The position numbers and the translations under genes are program-made. The notes below the pieces were generated by a model. That model made no database searches, was not told the DNA's origin, and was given only the letters and a program-made list of their open reading frames with translations. DNA of 64,000 nucleotides from Spizellomyces punctatus DAOM BR117 (Eukaryota). This document shows, piece after piece, positions 11,955 through 24,058 of the stretch. Position 1 is the stretch's first letter, and each line of letters starts with the position of its first letter. The stretch lies in NCBI GenBank assembly GCA_000182565.2, contig KQ257472.1; one strand, given 5' to 3'.

Positions 11955-14900
11955 GGCTACTTTTCTGTACTTAAGGCTTGATGTTGGTTGCAGTAGAGTG
12001 ATACTCTGAGAAATATGTTGAGTTGAGGATATCGAAAGTGAAGAGCAAGCATACCCTCCCGCCTTTTATGTTTTCCACATTACCATCACTCTGAATAAGG
12101 TTTTACAGTACTCCTCGGCAACATTGTTTGAGGAAAAACGTTTTGCTGCCAATAGGTCAGGTCCCTTGCCTTATTCCTACCGAGACCGGTATCAGAGAAG
12201 TTAGGGCTTAAAAGCGTAACAGACATGCATCGTAGTGCGTATATGCCAACTACTGGCCGTCAAGTGTGGATAAAGATATCCTCCCGGAAAACGACCATCT
12301 TGGCGCCGGGGTCCAGTTCACGGAGAGTATAAAACATTCAAGATGCAGGTTCGTTACAAAAGTGCAAGTATTGAGCATTCGACCTTTGGTCTCATCCTAT
12401 CCATACGAAACATTTTCCAAACGTACTGCGCCATCGCCCATTCAAAAGTCTACGCAAGCCGGATACCTTCGCCATCACACCAGGACTCGGGTCTATGTTC
12501 CAATGCATCCAAAATGCACTGAATGTCAAGCCACTCTCTAACTATGTCCGATACAACGAGGATTGGTGACATTCGTGTTGGAGACTTTTGATTAGGATGT
12601 GTTGGATTCCTAATGCAGGGAAAACGTCGGGGATTTTCTGTGAATGCGGCGAGTTTTTAAACTATACCTGCCAGATACGAAGTGTAGAGTGGAATGGGGC
12701 ATTGGGGATATTAGAGTTGGGGAACTCCTTATGATACCTAACCCAGGGAATCGTGTTTAATGTTTGATGTTATAATGCATAGCGCGCACAATGCCTAGCG
12801 TCAACTATTGGGATGAGGAGTATGTGAGTTGGGCAGGCATGTTCCCCTGTATTAGGATTTAGTATTTTCGCCTTGCGATTGAGGGATTGACGAAGATCTG
12901 GATGCAACCCTTGCACTCATACACGTTCCAATTCAAGTTTTAGATCGGACAATCATTTTGTGATGCGATGTTTTGCGTGGGTTCGCCGATGTCGTGTCGA
13001 GCTGCAATGATGAATCTTTGAAAGCTCTGACTCTCAAGGGAACGTAATAGCCCAATGGTCACAATTTTTTGTATAGAGCAAAAGAAAGGTTTTTGTTCTT
13101 TGGACACTCTTGACTCACGTCCTAGCTTTTTCGAGCTTCTCAAGATTTTGGTTTTAAACAATGTACAAGATATGGCGTGTTTGTTAACGACAGATGAACC
13201 AATTATGCTGTTGAGAGGGTACTATTACTGTCATTACAGTTTGAAAAACGTGGGTAAAAACTCTAGAGAAAAAACGGGCATTTTGCATGGAATGGGAGCA
13301 TCACGACGAAAACAAACCCGGTTTCCACTGAAATCCTCAACTTGTGTCGCCCTTTCCTAGTGTGTTTGAACACGTTAGCTGGCGCTGGGTAGCACTCTAC
13401 ACTTTTTTTAAAAAATAGCGAATCTATGCCCGTTTTTGTCAGAGCTACGAGAGAAAGATTAGGACCATCTGATGGAAATGGGGGACACGAGGAAAACATG
13501 CGAGTTTTACCAAAAAAAAAAAAAATCACAAAGGAACTTTTTCCGATGAGATATTCAAAACCGTTAAGAACCAAAGAGGCCAAATATCAGTCCATGAAAA
13601 GCATTGATTTAATGCAGAAAAACGTATTGTGGTGCTTTTAGTGTATCTATCGTGCATCTAATGTGATCCATGTCGTATGAAAAAGGGGGAAGGAAACCTT
13701 ACCCAAGAGTGTTGAGTCCCTGATACCTTGTTGGTTGCGGCTGGGAAATCCGCACAATAGGACTGATTTTGGATGAACCTTTTTGTTCGATGAGAGCCAT
13801 GCTACTCTCTTCCTTTGGTGACTAAAGTAATTTTGGGTGTTTTGCTTGCTTTGGGGCGTTCCAGTGTTTATTTCGCGTGTTTTAGCAACCATTGAAAAAG
13901 TATGACTTTGCACTTTCTCATTGGCATCATCTAGGAACATTTCATCGGATAGAGAGAAAGTGAGCCCCGTTCAGGTTCACAGGTACTTGAAGTGGTGAGT
14001 AACGAATGGAAAAAGTTTCAAAAAACAATGCAGCGTTCTGTTCAGTTTTAGTTCCTGGTGTTTTGTTGAACGCCACATAGTTTGCGTTTGAGTGATGTGG
14101 TATAATCATGGCATGGACCTAAATGATCGGAATCGGTCCGTTTTACCTTATGGTTTGAATATGGTTAGTGTTTGTAGAGCATCATCGCTTTGGTAGAGAG
14201 AAATAAAAAAGTAGTTTACCCGAAACTTGGATTACTCACACCTTACTTTGCAACTTTGTGTGTTTTTCGTTCCACGGAGACGGTTCTACTCAAACTCATC
14301 ACAAAACAAGCTCAGACTTGCTCAAGACCAAAAAATCATTTTTGAATACTTGGAGCACATTAGCTTTTGTATAAACAAAGGGAGACAAGATGCGGCATGT
14401 CCAGCCGTTTAAAGTATCGCCAAGTAGGTGACAGTGTATGTATCTGAGGAGAGAGGAAGATAAAATGAGTTTTTGCCTTGGCATGAGATGTTTTCTGGTA
14501 TACTGCAGTATCTGATACACTCATGATTGCCCATCACAACCCACCAAACCAAAAGATTGCAAGACACACTATGCCAAAAAAAAAAATGGTTCTACACAAC
14601 ACAAGTGTGTATTTGATATAGGTGGGGATCGCCAAGTGAATCAAAAAACAAATATATTTGATAACTTTCCTTTTGTTATTGCTTAAATAATGTGACTTTA
14701 CCGAAATCATCCATCCCATCAAAACTGATTATCAACACTCTGTTTTCTTTGTTTTATTGTTTCTGTTCCTTGGGTGTTTCAATTGTAACGAAACCATTTT
14801 GTGCGTCGCATCATCACAGGGGAGGCATCTTGTGGTTGGCAAGAGTATGCAAGAGTCCCTGAATGGTAAGATATTGGGGTTGCGTGGAAGAGTGCAACAT

Positions 14901-17900
14901 TGATATGAAAGAGTTTGAGAACCCACTCTTGATCCACCGCTTTCTACTTCTACTATGTCGGACATCAATCTGGTCCTGTATCTTTTAACGATTGTGATAA
15001 CAATGGACATCTCCTACGATGAAACAAGAGATTTTGTACTCTTATACTACGTGTTTCTAAACGGTGATGACCGGGTACGCACTCGTTTTCTCTGATTGCT
15101 CATCCATTGTAGCGGATTTGCTCTGATGATTCAGTATTCGCGAAACCTCTCATGCGAGATTTTAGAAAATAAGCTCATAGTTCAGTACGGGTTATAACAC
15201 GCATTGAGCTACAAGGATCCCCCATTCGAAGGTATCGTATCTAGGGATTTCGGCCTCGAGAGAGTTCCCATTCCCATACAATGAAAAAAAAACATAGTGT
15301 CGCATATACATACAAAAAAAGTTGATTCCAATAAAAACCACTCGTTCCGTCCGCATACCTTGTCCGAAACCGTGGGAAAATGCAAGATAAACAAATGATT
15401 TCATACTATGGATGCGCGGTTACATTATCGCTTTTGCAAGGGGGAACCAGGCAGGGCAAATACGATGGAAGGTTTTTATTGGTTTACAATGGATTTAATG
15501 CAAAGGTTGAAATGAACGTATACATATGGTTTACTTTTTCCATGGAGAAATTCCGTAGTGTTCCAGTCTCTTGGGGTTTATAAAAAGCCAAACATATCTC
15601 GCCCCCCCAATCTCTTTATTCGTCTTTTTCTATATTTGCTTTCCTTTCTTGTTGGTTGCAAAGGACTAAACTGTCGCGATGGAGGAGCGGCGGCCAACAA
15701 CTCACACATGGTGAGGTGTGTCTCTTGGTTCCGGCCGGGGGGAGTTTAGAAAAGTCTTCTGCAATGCAATCAATTATGCGTGGAGCAAACTGTTGTGTTT
15801 TTTGTAAAACCTTTTTCTTTTTGAGGGATGTTGGGTTGAATGCGAATGCGATCCAGTCTGGCTCAAGACATGGTGTCGTTGAGGATGCGGCGTTCTTTTG
15901 ATGAAGAGCAAACATGCTGTGTCTTTTATGTGTGGAGTGGAAGCTATGGGACTCGTGGAAGGACCTTGCTGGAATAGATACTTTGTTCATCGACGCATAC
16001 TGGCCAGGTTTGTAGGTGTACCTTTTCAACATCCTTTCCAGAGAGTGCCAGATATGGTGGTACTTGTCCGAGACTCGCTTATGTCTTGTTGCAAGTGAGA
16101 GGAACCATTTTGGGGATCTCTTTTTTGCCGGACGTATGTGGAGGTTTTTCTCCTGCCTGTCAATCGTAAATGTGTGTATTCGGGCGGTACCCGCATGTCG
16201 GGGAGGATATCGGTTAATAAACCTTTGGATCTTTATTGCGTCGACAAGACTATATTCAACCTTTCCTGGGATGAATAACTACTTGTGACCCTGGTGCTAT
16301 ATTGCATCGCCTTCCCGCTTGTCCAGGTCCGATAGGTCCGATAGGTACGATAGGTTTTTCGATATCCTTTTTTGCCCGTTTCACTGATATATATATTGGT
16401 TTTTTTTTTGGTGAGACTACAAACTTTTGAGTAGGCAATGTTGCATGTTCTTTGGAAGGATGTCCATTCATTGATGTGTCGTACCCATCGTTTTGCACTC
16501 AATTGATTATGCCAAACATAAGCGATCACAGGATTAGAGTTCCGCCAAGGTAATTGTTAGAATATCCAAAAAGGGTTGAAAGGGCTATGATGATAACATT
16601 TGTAAATACACTAATGTTCACTGGTCGCAAAGACGGGCAATGAAATCAATGAACGGATTAGCTCCAGGACACCCGTAATAAAAGATGCAGACAGTCCTTC
16701 AGAATTGTGTGTGTTTCCCCATTGCTTGTTTCGTCTTGGTTTTTTTTTCTATATATTGTTGTTTCTTTGGTATTTCGTTTTATGAGCTTAGAGGATCTTC
16801 TTTTCAAGTGGATAAAAAAGTATTTATATACGATACTGGTATCTTTTCTTTGTAAAACCAGTGCTTTAGTCTAGCGTGTCCGTTTTTTGTTTTCGGTCGT
16901 TACAATTGAATTGAAATACAAAAGAGTATTGGTAGAAGTCGTAAATACCATCGAGTTTAACGTACTTGATCAACGACATTAGTTTGTCCCCGGTTTAAGC
17001 GTGTTGCGAGGTCCTTGGTTTCTTTTTCTTTCAATAACGGGGTTTTGCCTTTGCAAATAAGGATTTTTTCAGTTCCTTAAACTTACTGCCAAGAGAGAGT
17101 TTTTAAATTTTCTAAGTTTGCATGTCTCCATTAAGAGACTTGATAGATGCAAATAAACAACTCCCCAGGCCCAAGAGGATAAAAACTTACTTTATGTATA
17201 CATGATGATATGACAATAAAGTATACCGAAACTACGAGGGTAAGAACAAGAAAAGTTAAAAAGGGAAATATGGATACTTGTCGGAAAGCTTTTTTTTTTT
17301 TTTTTGGCAAAAATTGATGATTGGGACTCGTTGTTGCTGGTTTGTTTACATTCCGATTTTGCGACCACTAGCTTTTGAGTAAATGATCACCGATCCTTTG
17401 AAGAATTACCAAGTGAGTATGGGTATTGTAAGTCTGTGCATCCTGTCTTGGACGAATTGACTTGGCAGTCATGTAGACTAGTTCTCGAGACATGGATTCT
17501 ATGGTCATCATCAAGCCTTTTTGCCAATCGCGTTTACTAGAACTTTTTCATGTATTGCCATACGAACGTTGAGTTGTCTTGAAATGTATTTTTTCCAGTC
17601 TAGTGTAAAGGTTTGGGATTCATGAAAGGATAGGGAAAAGAGCCCCATACCAATTCCAATTTCGTTACGGATATCGTAAACTTGTGAGCGCATGTCGGAA
17701 TTACTCGGGGTTTGGATGTATGGGAGGAATTTGGGACCATTCGGGAGCGAATATTTCAACACCTTTAGAAGGAAAACAGTTGGTGTTAATTCGATCATGT
17801 CTCTTGCAGTGTCCTGTCTAAATACCTTGCCTTGTTGGTCATTTAATATGAAATCCTAGAACGGTACAGTCATATCAATTGATCGTCATGCCGCGCAAAG

Positions 17901-18939
17901 TAAAAGTGCATACCCTAACCAATATTCTCTAGCAACCAAACCAAAAAAGTCTTTTGACGTTGAATTTGGGCCTATATGCACCAACGAAATAGGTGCAAAG
18001 ACCGGAAAGCAAATGGGCAGCACCAAAAGTCCCAACACACCACATATACCACATACAAGGCCATTATTTGGGGTTCATACCATCGACCCTATGTTTTGTT
18101 TGTGATATGGAGACATAATGGGGACCCCGTCGCAAAAAGAATACATACTGGTGAGCATTATAGGATGTCAATTGTTGGTTGTTCCTTGCACACCAAAAAT
18201 GACGCGCTGATGTGTGGATGTTACTCTCCTCCATAGTCCACATGCACAAAGATATACTCGTAGATTCGTTCGTTTTCATTGGAATCCTTGATGCATGTTT
18301 GCAGTCGGGAGCATCAGAGAAATAAAGTGAGACCCATAAACTTTTAGTCAAGAGTTGGCATGTCATAAAGAAAAAGGATACAGCATGTTCTTTTAAAATG
18401 TGGATATTACGAACGGGGGGACCGTATGAACACTCAAGTACCAACAACAAACTATGTGTGTGCCTAGTCCTTTTTGTATTTCACCGTCCATTCCGCAAAC
18501 TCGGAAGCAAAAAGTTTTCTTTTTTAAAAAAACCAGTACGGTAATGCAGAGGGTTTTTGGGGTCCTAAAATCACTGCAGAAAATAAAAGTAGTTGGGGAC
18601 GCAACACACAGGTTTACGAGGGATTATAGGTTGGTGATTATTCAAATTGTTCGTCTTTGAACCCATATAAGTTGACTGATTCTTGTTGCCTATCAACTAT
18701 CCGATCAAAAGGTGCCCTGATTCATATCTTGAAAAGAACAAAAAAAAAAAAACGCAGATCGGCCTTGCGGCGTACGTGTATTCGTGCAAGTCTATAAAAG
18801 ACGAAACAGTCCTTTGACATTCACAGTAGAATACAAGCAGGACAGCTAGAGATAAAACACAAGTCGAGATACATTAAGAAAATCGAGCGATCGTCCAAGG
18901 CAAAGAAACGAAAAACCTAAAAGAGAGAAACTCGCAAGA

Positions 18940-19463
18940 ATGATGATGAAATTCATTACGGTTGGGATGATGGCCATTCAATGTACGTTACATCTTTTGT
19001 GAATTCTTTATTAAAAGAGAAACTGTAAAAAAAAAAAAACTAAAATGAAAAAGTGGCGGGTATGAGCCAAGGGCAGATATTGCCCGATCCTAGTGTTCCT
19101 GGCGAAAATGGACCTACTACCGTTGGTAGCTTGCCCGTCAACTTTCCGACCTATGGCCCTCCTACGAGCGGACCGATCGAGTTTCCTCTTCCCACGAGTG
19201 GACCTGCTACGAGGGGACCCATCAAACTTCCAACCCGTGTCCCTGAAGCCAGAAATCCATGCACAACCCGAGCGCGCAATGACAAATTACCATTGCCGAC
19301 AGAATTGCCCGTAGTGATCAATGGCAAAGACAAGGGACCTACAGCAACCGTAAAACAAACAGCCATTCCAGAAACATTAATGACACTCTTTCCACAGAGT
19401 ACAGACATGCCTAGCCAACTCCCCATTAGACGTCGTGCCCGTGCACGAGCCCATCTCCCTTGA
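18940..19463 (+). CDS. Small Pro/Thr-rich, probably secreted protein, 2 exons
   Basis: TATAAAA at ~18793. Exon 1 18940-18982 (MMMKFITVGMMAIQ), intron GTACGT..AAG 18983-19053, exon 2 in phase (LAGMSQG-QILPDP..PTSGP repeats); stop at 19463. Confidence 0.65.
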
Positions 19464-19560
19464 ATAGTGTGTATGTGAAATGTGTGAATAGTAAGAAATG
19501 AACATGTATAAAGTAAAGAATAAAATGCGATAAAAGAGACAATGTGTGATATATGGGAAT

Positions 19561-19694
19561 AAAAAGGAATTTAAAGAGAGAGAGAGAGAAAAGGAAACCA
19601 TAATCACATTCTTCTCTCTCTCTCTCTCTCACAAACAATCAATTCACTCACACACACACCTCTTGAAACTCTACTTGTCACACACAAGGAGGGA

Positions 19695-19732
<38 letters not shown>

Positions 19733-19960
19733 ACAAGCTTTCTCTCTCTTTATAGTTAAAATTCCTTTTTCTTTTTCTCTCTTTATAGTAAAATTCCTTT
19801 TTCTTTCTCTCTCCCTTCCATTCTCATTCACGTGCTTATATCCTTTATTTCCATGACTGTGCTTTTCATTATAGTCACTGTGCATATGGAACATTGCCGC
19901 TTCTTTACTTTTACTCTATTGATTCTATTATTCTTTCCTCTCTCTCTCTCTCTCTCTCGT
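19561..19960. repeat. (GA)n/(CT)n microsatellite cluster with a ~33-bp tandem duplication
   Basis: (GA)n at 19575-19589; (CT)n at ~19613, ~19697-19731 and ~19937-19958. tctctctttatagt(t)aaaattcctttttcttt occurs twice within ~19743-19810. Confidence 0.85.
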
Positions 19961-19976
19961 TCTCCCCATTGGAATA

Positions 19977-21322
19977 TGGCTGGATTATCGTCTACTCCCG
20001 GCATCTTTGATGTTTCTCTCGCAGCAGCCATTGTCTTTACTATTGCCTATGCTTTCGTCTTTTTTCCCTTGAATATCTATACTCTGTACAAGACTCGCAT
20101 ATGGGGATTACTCTGGGTCTCTTGGTATCTTCTCTGTGAGTATTTTGTCTTGTTTTTTTATTATTGGGGTTTATTGTTTTTTGACAAGGAGTAAGTGCGT
20201 ATTACCGCATTTGTGTTTAGGATTGTCATCCACGCTCGTCCACAAGACACCCAGCAAGAGAGGGATGAGACATTGGTTCTGCTTATTATCGATGGAGTGT
20301 TTTACACTGCTGGCTACTTTTTTCTGATAAATTGTGTCCTCGGATTGATCATCACGTGGTGAGTAGGGCATTCCGGGCGAATGCCATCAGGAGGGCTCTG
20401 GAGGAATGGAATGGGGAGGGCTTATCGACGAATGGAATGGGGCAGCGCTAGCGAGAAAAACGGAAAATCGGGATTTCATGATCTTGTGAGCGCTAACGAG
20501 ACACGATTCTCTCGCAAATGGAGAATTATGGCATCGCTTAGCGAGGAGTGGATGGGAATACTGGCATTTTGCGAGCTGTCGCTCATCATCCAGAGCATGC
20601 CCTCTCGTATTGTTCTAATCTTTCATTGCTCCTCACCTGGTGCATCTTAGGATGGATCCAACAACGTCCAATCCTAAAACATCTCGTTACGCCCGCTTCT
20701 TTCGGTGCCTCCATCTTGGCATCCTCGGTGGGGCAGTACTAGTGATTTGGGGAGGCATTACCGTAGCGACCGTCAATTTCAATCCACAGACGGCAGAGGA
20801 AGGTCAAAAGGTGTTGAATCAGTTGGACAAGAGCAAAAAATTACGGTACGCTTCAAAATGCTCTAAAGATTCCTTTGTTTGAACCTTGATTTGCTTACCC
20901 TTTTCTTTTATAGAACCTTGGGAACATCCCTCGTCCTCGTCACCGTCGTCACTCTCCTTCTCAACATTGCTGTCCGCCTTGTCAGAAATCCCACCCGCCA
21001 AGCCACCTACCTCCTCGTCGTGACCTTCTTTCTAACCCTGCGCACCTCCCTCTCGTACTACTTTATCTACGGTACATCCGGAATTGCAGATGATGTCCAC
21101 TTGTACGGTCTGGGCGTCGCCCCTGAATTACCAGTTTTGATCCTATTGTGCATTCCCCCGTTTGTCGCGTGGTTCAAGCCGGCTGTTGCCCAGAGTTTTG
21201 CGAGCGTACTGCCACAGAGGTGGAGACGGAGGTTTGAATTTTTGAGTGGTGGAAGGAGGGAGGGGACTTTTCCTGAGCCGCAAGTTGAGTATGTTGAAGC
21301 CAAGAGGAGTTTGGAGGCATAA
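19977..21322 (+). CDS. Multi-pass (about 7 TM) membrane protein resembling fungal RTA1/DUF7702-type proteins, 4 exons
   Basis: Spliced MAGLSSTPGIFDVSLAAAIVFTIAY..WYLLLRITAFVFRI..GYFFLINCVLGLIITW..LHLGILGGAVLVIWGG..FFLTLRTSLSY..LGVAPELPVLIL: hydrophobic segments with the family-like LR..Y and PE motifs. Confidence 0.7.
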
Positions 21323-21642
21323 CGTAATCGAAAAGTGTAAGGTTGACTTTTTTATGATATGAGTAATATGTGCTATTCTTGCAGGCATACATGAACATAC
21401 GATGGAACCTGTTTTCGTTCTCGATCGTAATAAATACTTAAAAGCTGTCACGTTATTGGTCGTATTGGCGAAAAACCCCCAATGGGGGACATGAAGAGAT
21501 TTCAACATGGAAATGGGACACGTGCTTAGCAGCTGGTTCCAGTGCAAAACGTAGTGTGTGTAGTGCGCTTGCAGATCTAAAGAAACTGGTCCACCTATTT
21601 GCCAGTTCCATTCCAAAAACGTGTTTGTCATTTCACCTACAC

Positions 21643-22833
21643 ATGCACTTTACTAGATCCCTTCTCCGCTCATCTGCACGCATGACACCCACAGCGTCCG
21701 CATCCCGCGTGTTTTTCTTTGACATTGACAATTGTCTATATGCAAAGAGTGTGGGGATATATCGCGAGATGGGAAAACGGTGCGTGTTTTGTCAGTGTGT
21801 TGGGGAAATGCCCGTTTGGCATTCTCAATGTTTTTGGTTTTTTATAGTATCCATGCGTATTTCCAAACGTTGGGATTACCAGATGCAGAAGGTATCATTC
21901 CTTGGATAGTTCATGTCCCTCAAACATTTCTTTGACACGCCCAAACAACAAGCATCCCGTCTTCATCATAAATATTACACTGAATACGGTCTTGCCGTTC
22001 GTGGACTCGTAAAGCACCACAGTACGCCTACTTTCCCTTTTTCTTCTTTGTAACCCCTCTTACTAAAGGACTTTGTAACTCTTTTAGATGTCGACCCAAT
22101 AGCCTATGGTGCGTACAATCGTTGCGCAACACTCGGCCCTCTAGTTTAACATTGCATAGATAAGGTCGTTGATCAGAGTATCCCATTGGAAAAGTATTTG
22201 AAATATGATCAAGAGTTGCGTGGTATGTTGGAGGGGATGAGTGGGGTCAAGAAATGGGCGTTTACGAATGCGTATCAAGTTGTGAGTGTTGTGTGTTTTT
22301 GGTTATGGCGTTGAAGGGTGTGTGGTTGGTGTGTTGAGTTTAATATGGGTATGTTGGGTTCTTTAGCATGCGATGCGGGTTTTGGAACTTTTGGGTATAC
22401 GAGATCAGTTTGCCGGGATTACTTTTTGGTATGTTTTCCCCCATCTCGCGTCTTTTTCCCTTCATCTGTTGCACTCTGACACACCGCTTTGACTGCATTG
22501 CAGCGACTACAGTCTTCCAGACTTTGCATGCAAACCCGATCCCCGTTACTACGCCCAAGCCATGCGCGACGCGGACATATCTGATCCATCGCAATGTTAT
22601 CTTGTTGACGACTCCGCAGCTAATATCGATATGGCAAAGGTAAGGCCCTTTTTTTTCCTCTTGACTTTAGTGTTGAATGTAATTCTTTTGGGTTTGTTTA
22701 TTTTTTATAGCAATTGGGGTGGACGACGGTGCATGTAACAGATGATCCCGAGTCTATGCATGGAGATTTTCAGATACAGTGTGTGAAAGAGTTGCCGAGT
22801 GTATTACCAGAGTTTTGGGCGGCGCGGAATTAA
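21643..22833 (+). CDS. SDT1: Pyrimidine 5'-nucleotidase (Sdt1/Phm8-like HAD hydrolase), multi-exon
   Basis: HAD motif I VFFFDIDNCLY, YYTEYGLAVRGL, KWAFTNA, CKP, LVDDS and LGWTTVH. Includes a 21-nt micro-exon at ~22088-22108; stop TAA at 22831-22833. Confidence 0.93.
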
Positions 22834-23419
22834 GCAAGACTTGTAAATAGTTGTCTTTTTTTTTCTTAGAGGAGTTTGTGGGGTTCTCCTCTACTCTTTT
22901 TTGAGTGGGGGCGTCTTTTTTTTTTATTTGGTTGGTCGGTTGGGTAGAACGTAGAAGAAATACCTTTTTGTACTGCCCTTTTTTATGGTGTATTAGAATG
23001 CTCGGGCGTGCAACATTGACAAAAGACTAGCTTTTATCATATCGGACCGACAAAGTGGCCGTTTTGTTTTTTATGCATGGAGAGCACAGTGGGGTTTGCC
23101 TGCTTTTTTCGCTATATTTCGTTGAACGTATGATTCATGTATTGTTAAGTTGATAACAAGTTCATCACAAAGAAAAAATATACACAAACCTATGCTCTTG
23201 GTTGTATATACCCCGACAAACAACAAGATATAAACTCATGTGTAGGGCACGCCAAAGATAAACTTTTGCAGCTTGACTATTTACTGGAATGCATCAAGAG
23301 TGCTTATAAAGGGATTCTACGGTTTTGCCGTTGGTGTACACTAAAATAAATAAATAAGAGTACTTCAAAGATTTACTTGAATCACCATAAACGTTATTGC
23401 TCAATCATTTGTTTTTATT

Positions 23420-24005
23420 TGTGTGTACATGAACTGGATATGATAGGGCTTGACCTGCTCTTATACTTGATACATGATACGGTAAAAGCCCTTTTTTGCA
23501 TCATTTAGTGTTTGTCAGTTTGGGTGTTGCGCTACGATATTCTTTTTACGTGCTTATTGCAAGTCGTGAACCTAATACCCACATACGCCTTCATAGATTG
23601 GATTGACAAGAAGGCTTGAGGGCAAACTATAAAAGCTAACCCCCGAATAATTGGCTTTTTGATTTGTTTATTTTTTTGGATAGTGGACATGAAACTGGAC
23701 AATACCTTGAACTTGCTCTTGAATTTAGATCTATGCCATGGGGGGGAAGATACGCCGAAATCATATCTAAAGTCATTTTAGTGTTTTCTCACTTTGTGTG
23801 TATTCTGCTACCATACTCTTTCTACGTAATTTTTTGCAAGTTATGAACCCAACCCAAATATGGATTGGATTTTTACATGAATGCTTGAGAGTAAACTATA
23901 ACACCTAAACCCTGAATGATTGAGGAGGTTTTTTATGATACTGTACATGAAACTGAACAATACATGATAGATGCAGGAAACTGAACAATACATGATAGAT
24001 GCTAA
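23420..24005 (-). pseudogene. Two decayed tandem copies of the 3' end (last ~50 codons plus 3' flank) of the adjacent cNMP-binding gene
   Basis: 23503-23630 and 23776-23900 align to 24058-24210 with a period of about 270-280 nt. One copy translates LVNPIYEGV..VHDLQ..KKNIVA versus LVDPINEGV..VHELQ..RKSIVA in the gene. Confidence 0.75.
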
Positions 24006-24058
24006 AACTGTACTCTTGTACTAGATATGTGCTACCGCAAAACCTATTCGACTGTTTT

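Noticed and set aside
14732-15010. RNPNILPF resembling a kinase HPNI motif
   Set aside because: No other kinase subdomains found in neighbouring frames.
16322-16354. 9-bp tandem repeat (gtccgatag/gtacgatag) x3
   Set aside because: Ordinary slippage minisatellite with no context.
17368-17511. Short minus-strand ORF MMTIESMSRELVYMTAKSI.., faintly F-box-like
   Set aside because: Only 47 codons, weak similarity and no supporting downstream exons.
20446-20590. Periodic short motif considered as a CRISPR-like array
   Set aside because: The repeat is only ~12 nt and degenerate, lies in a eukaryotic intron, and no cas genes are present.
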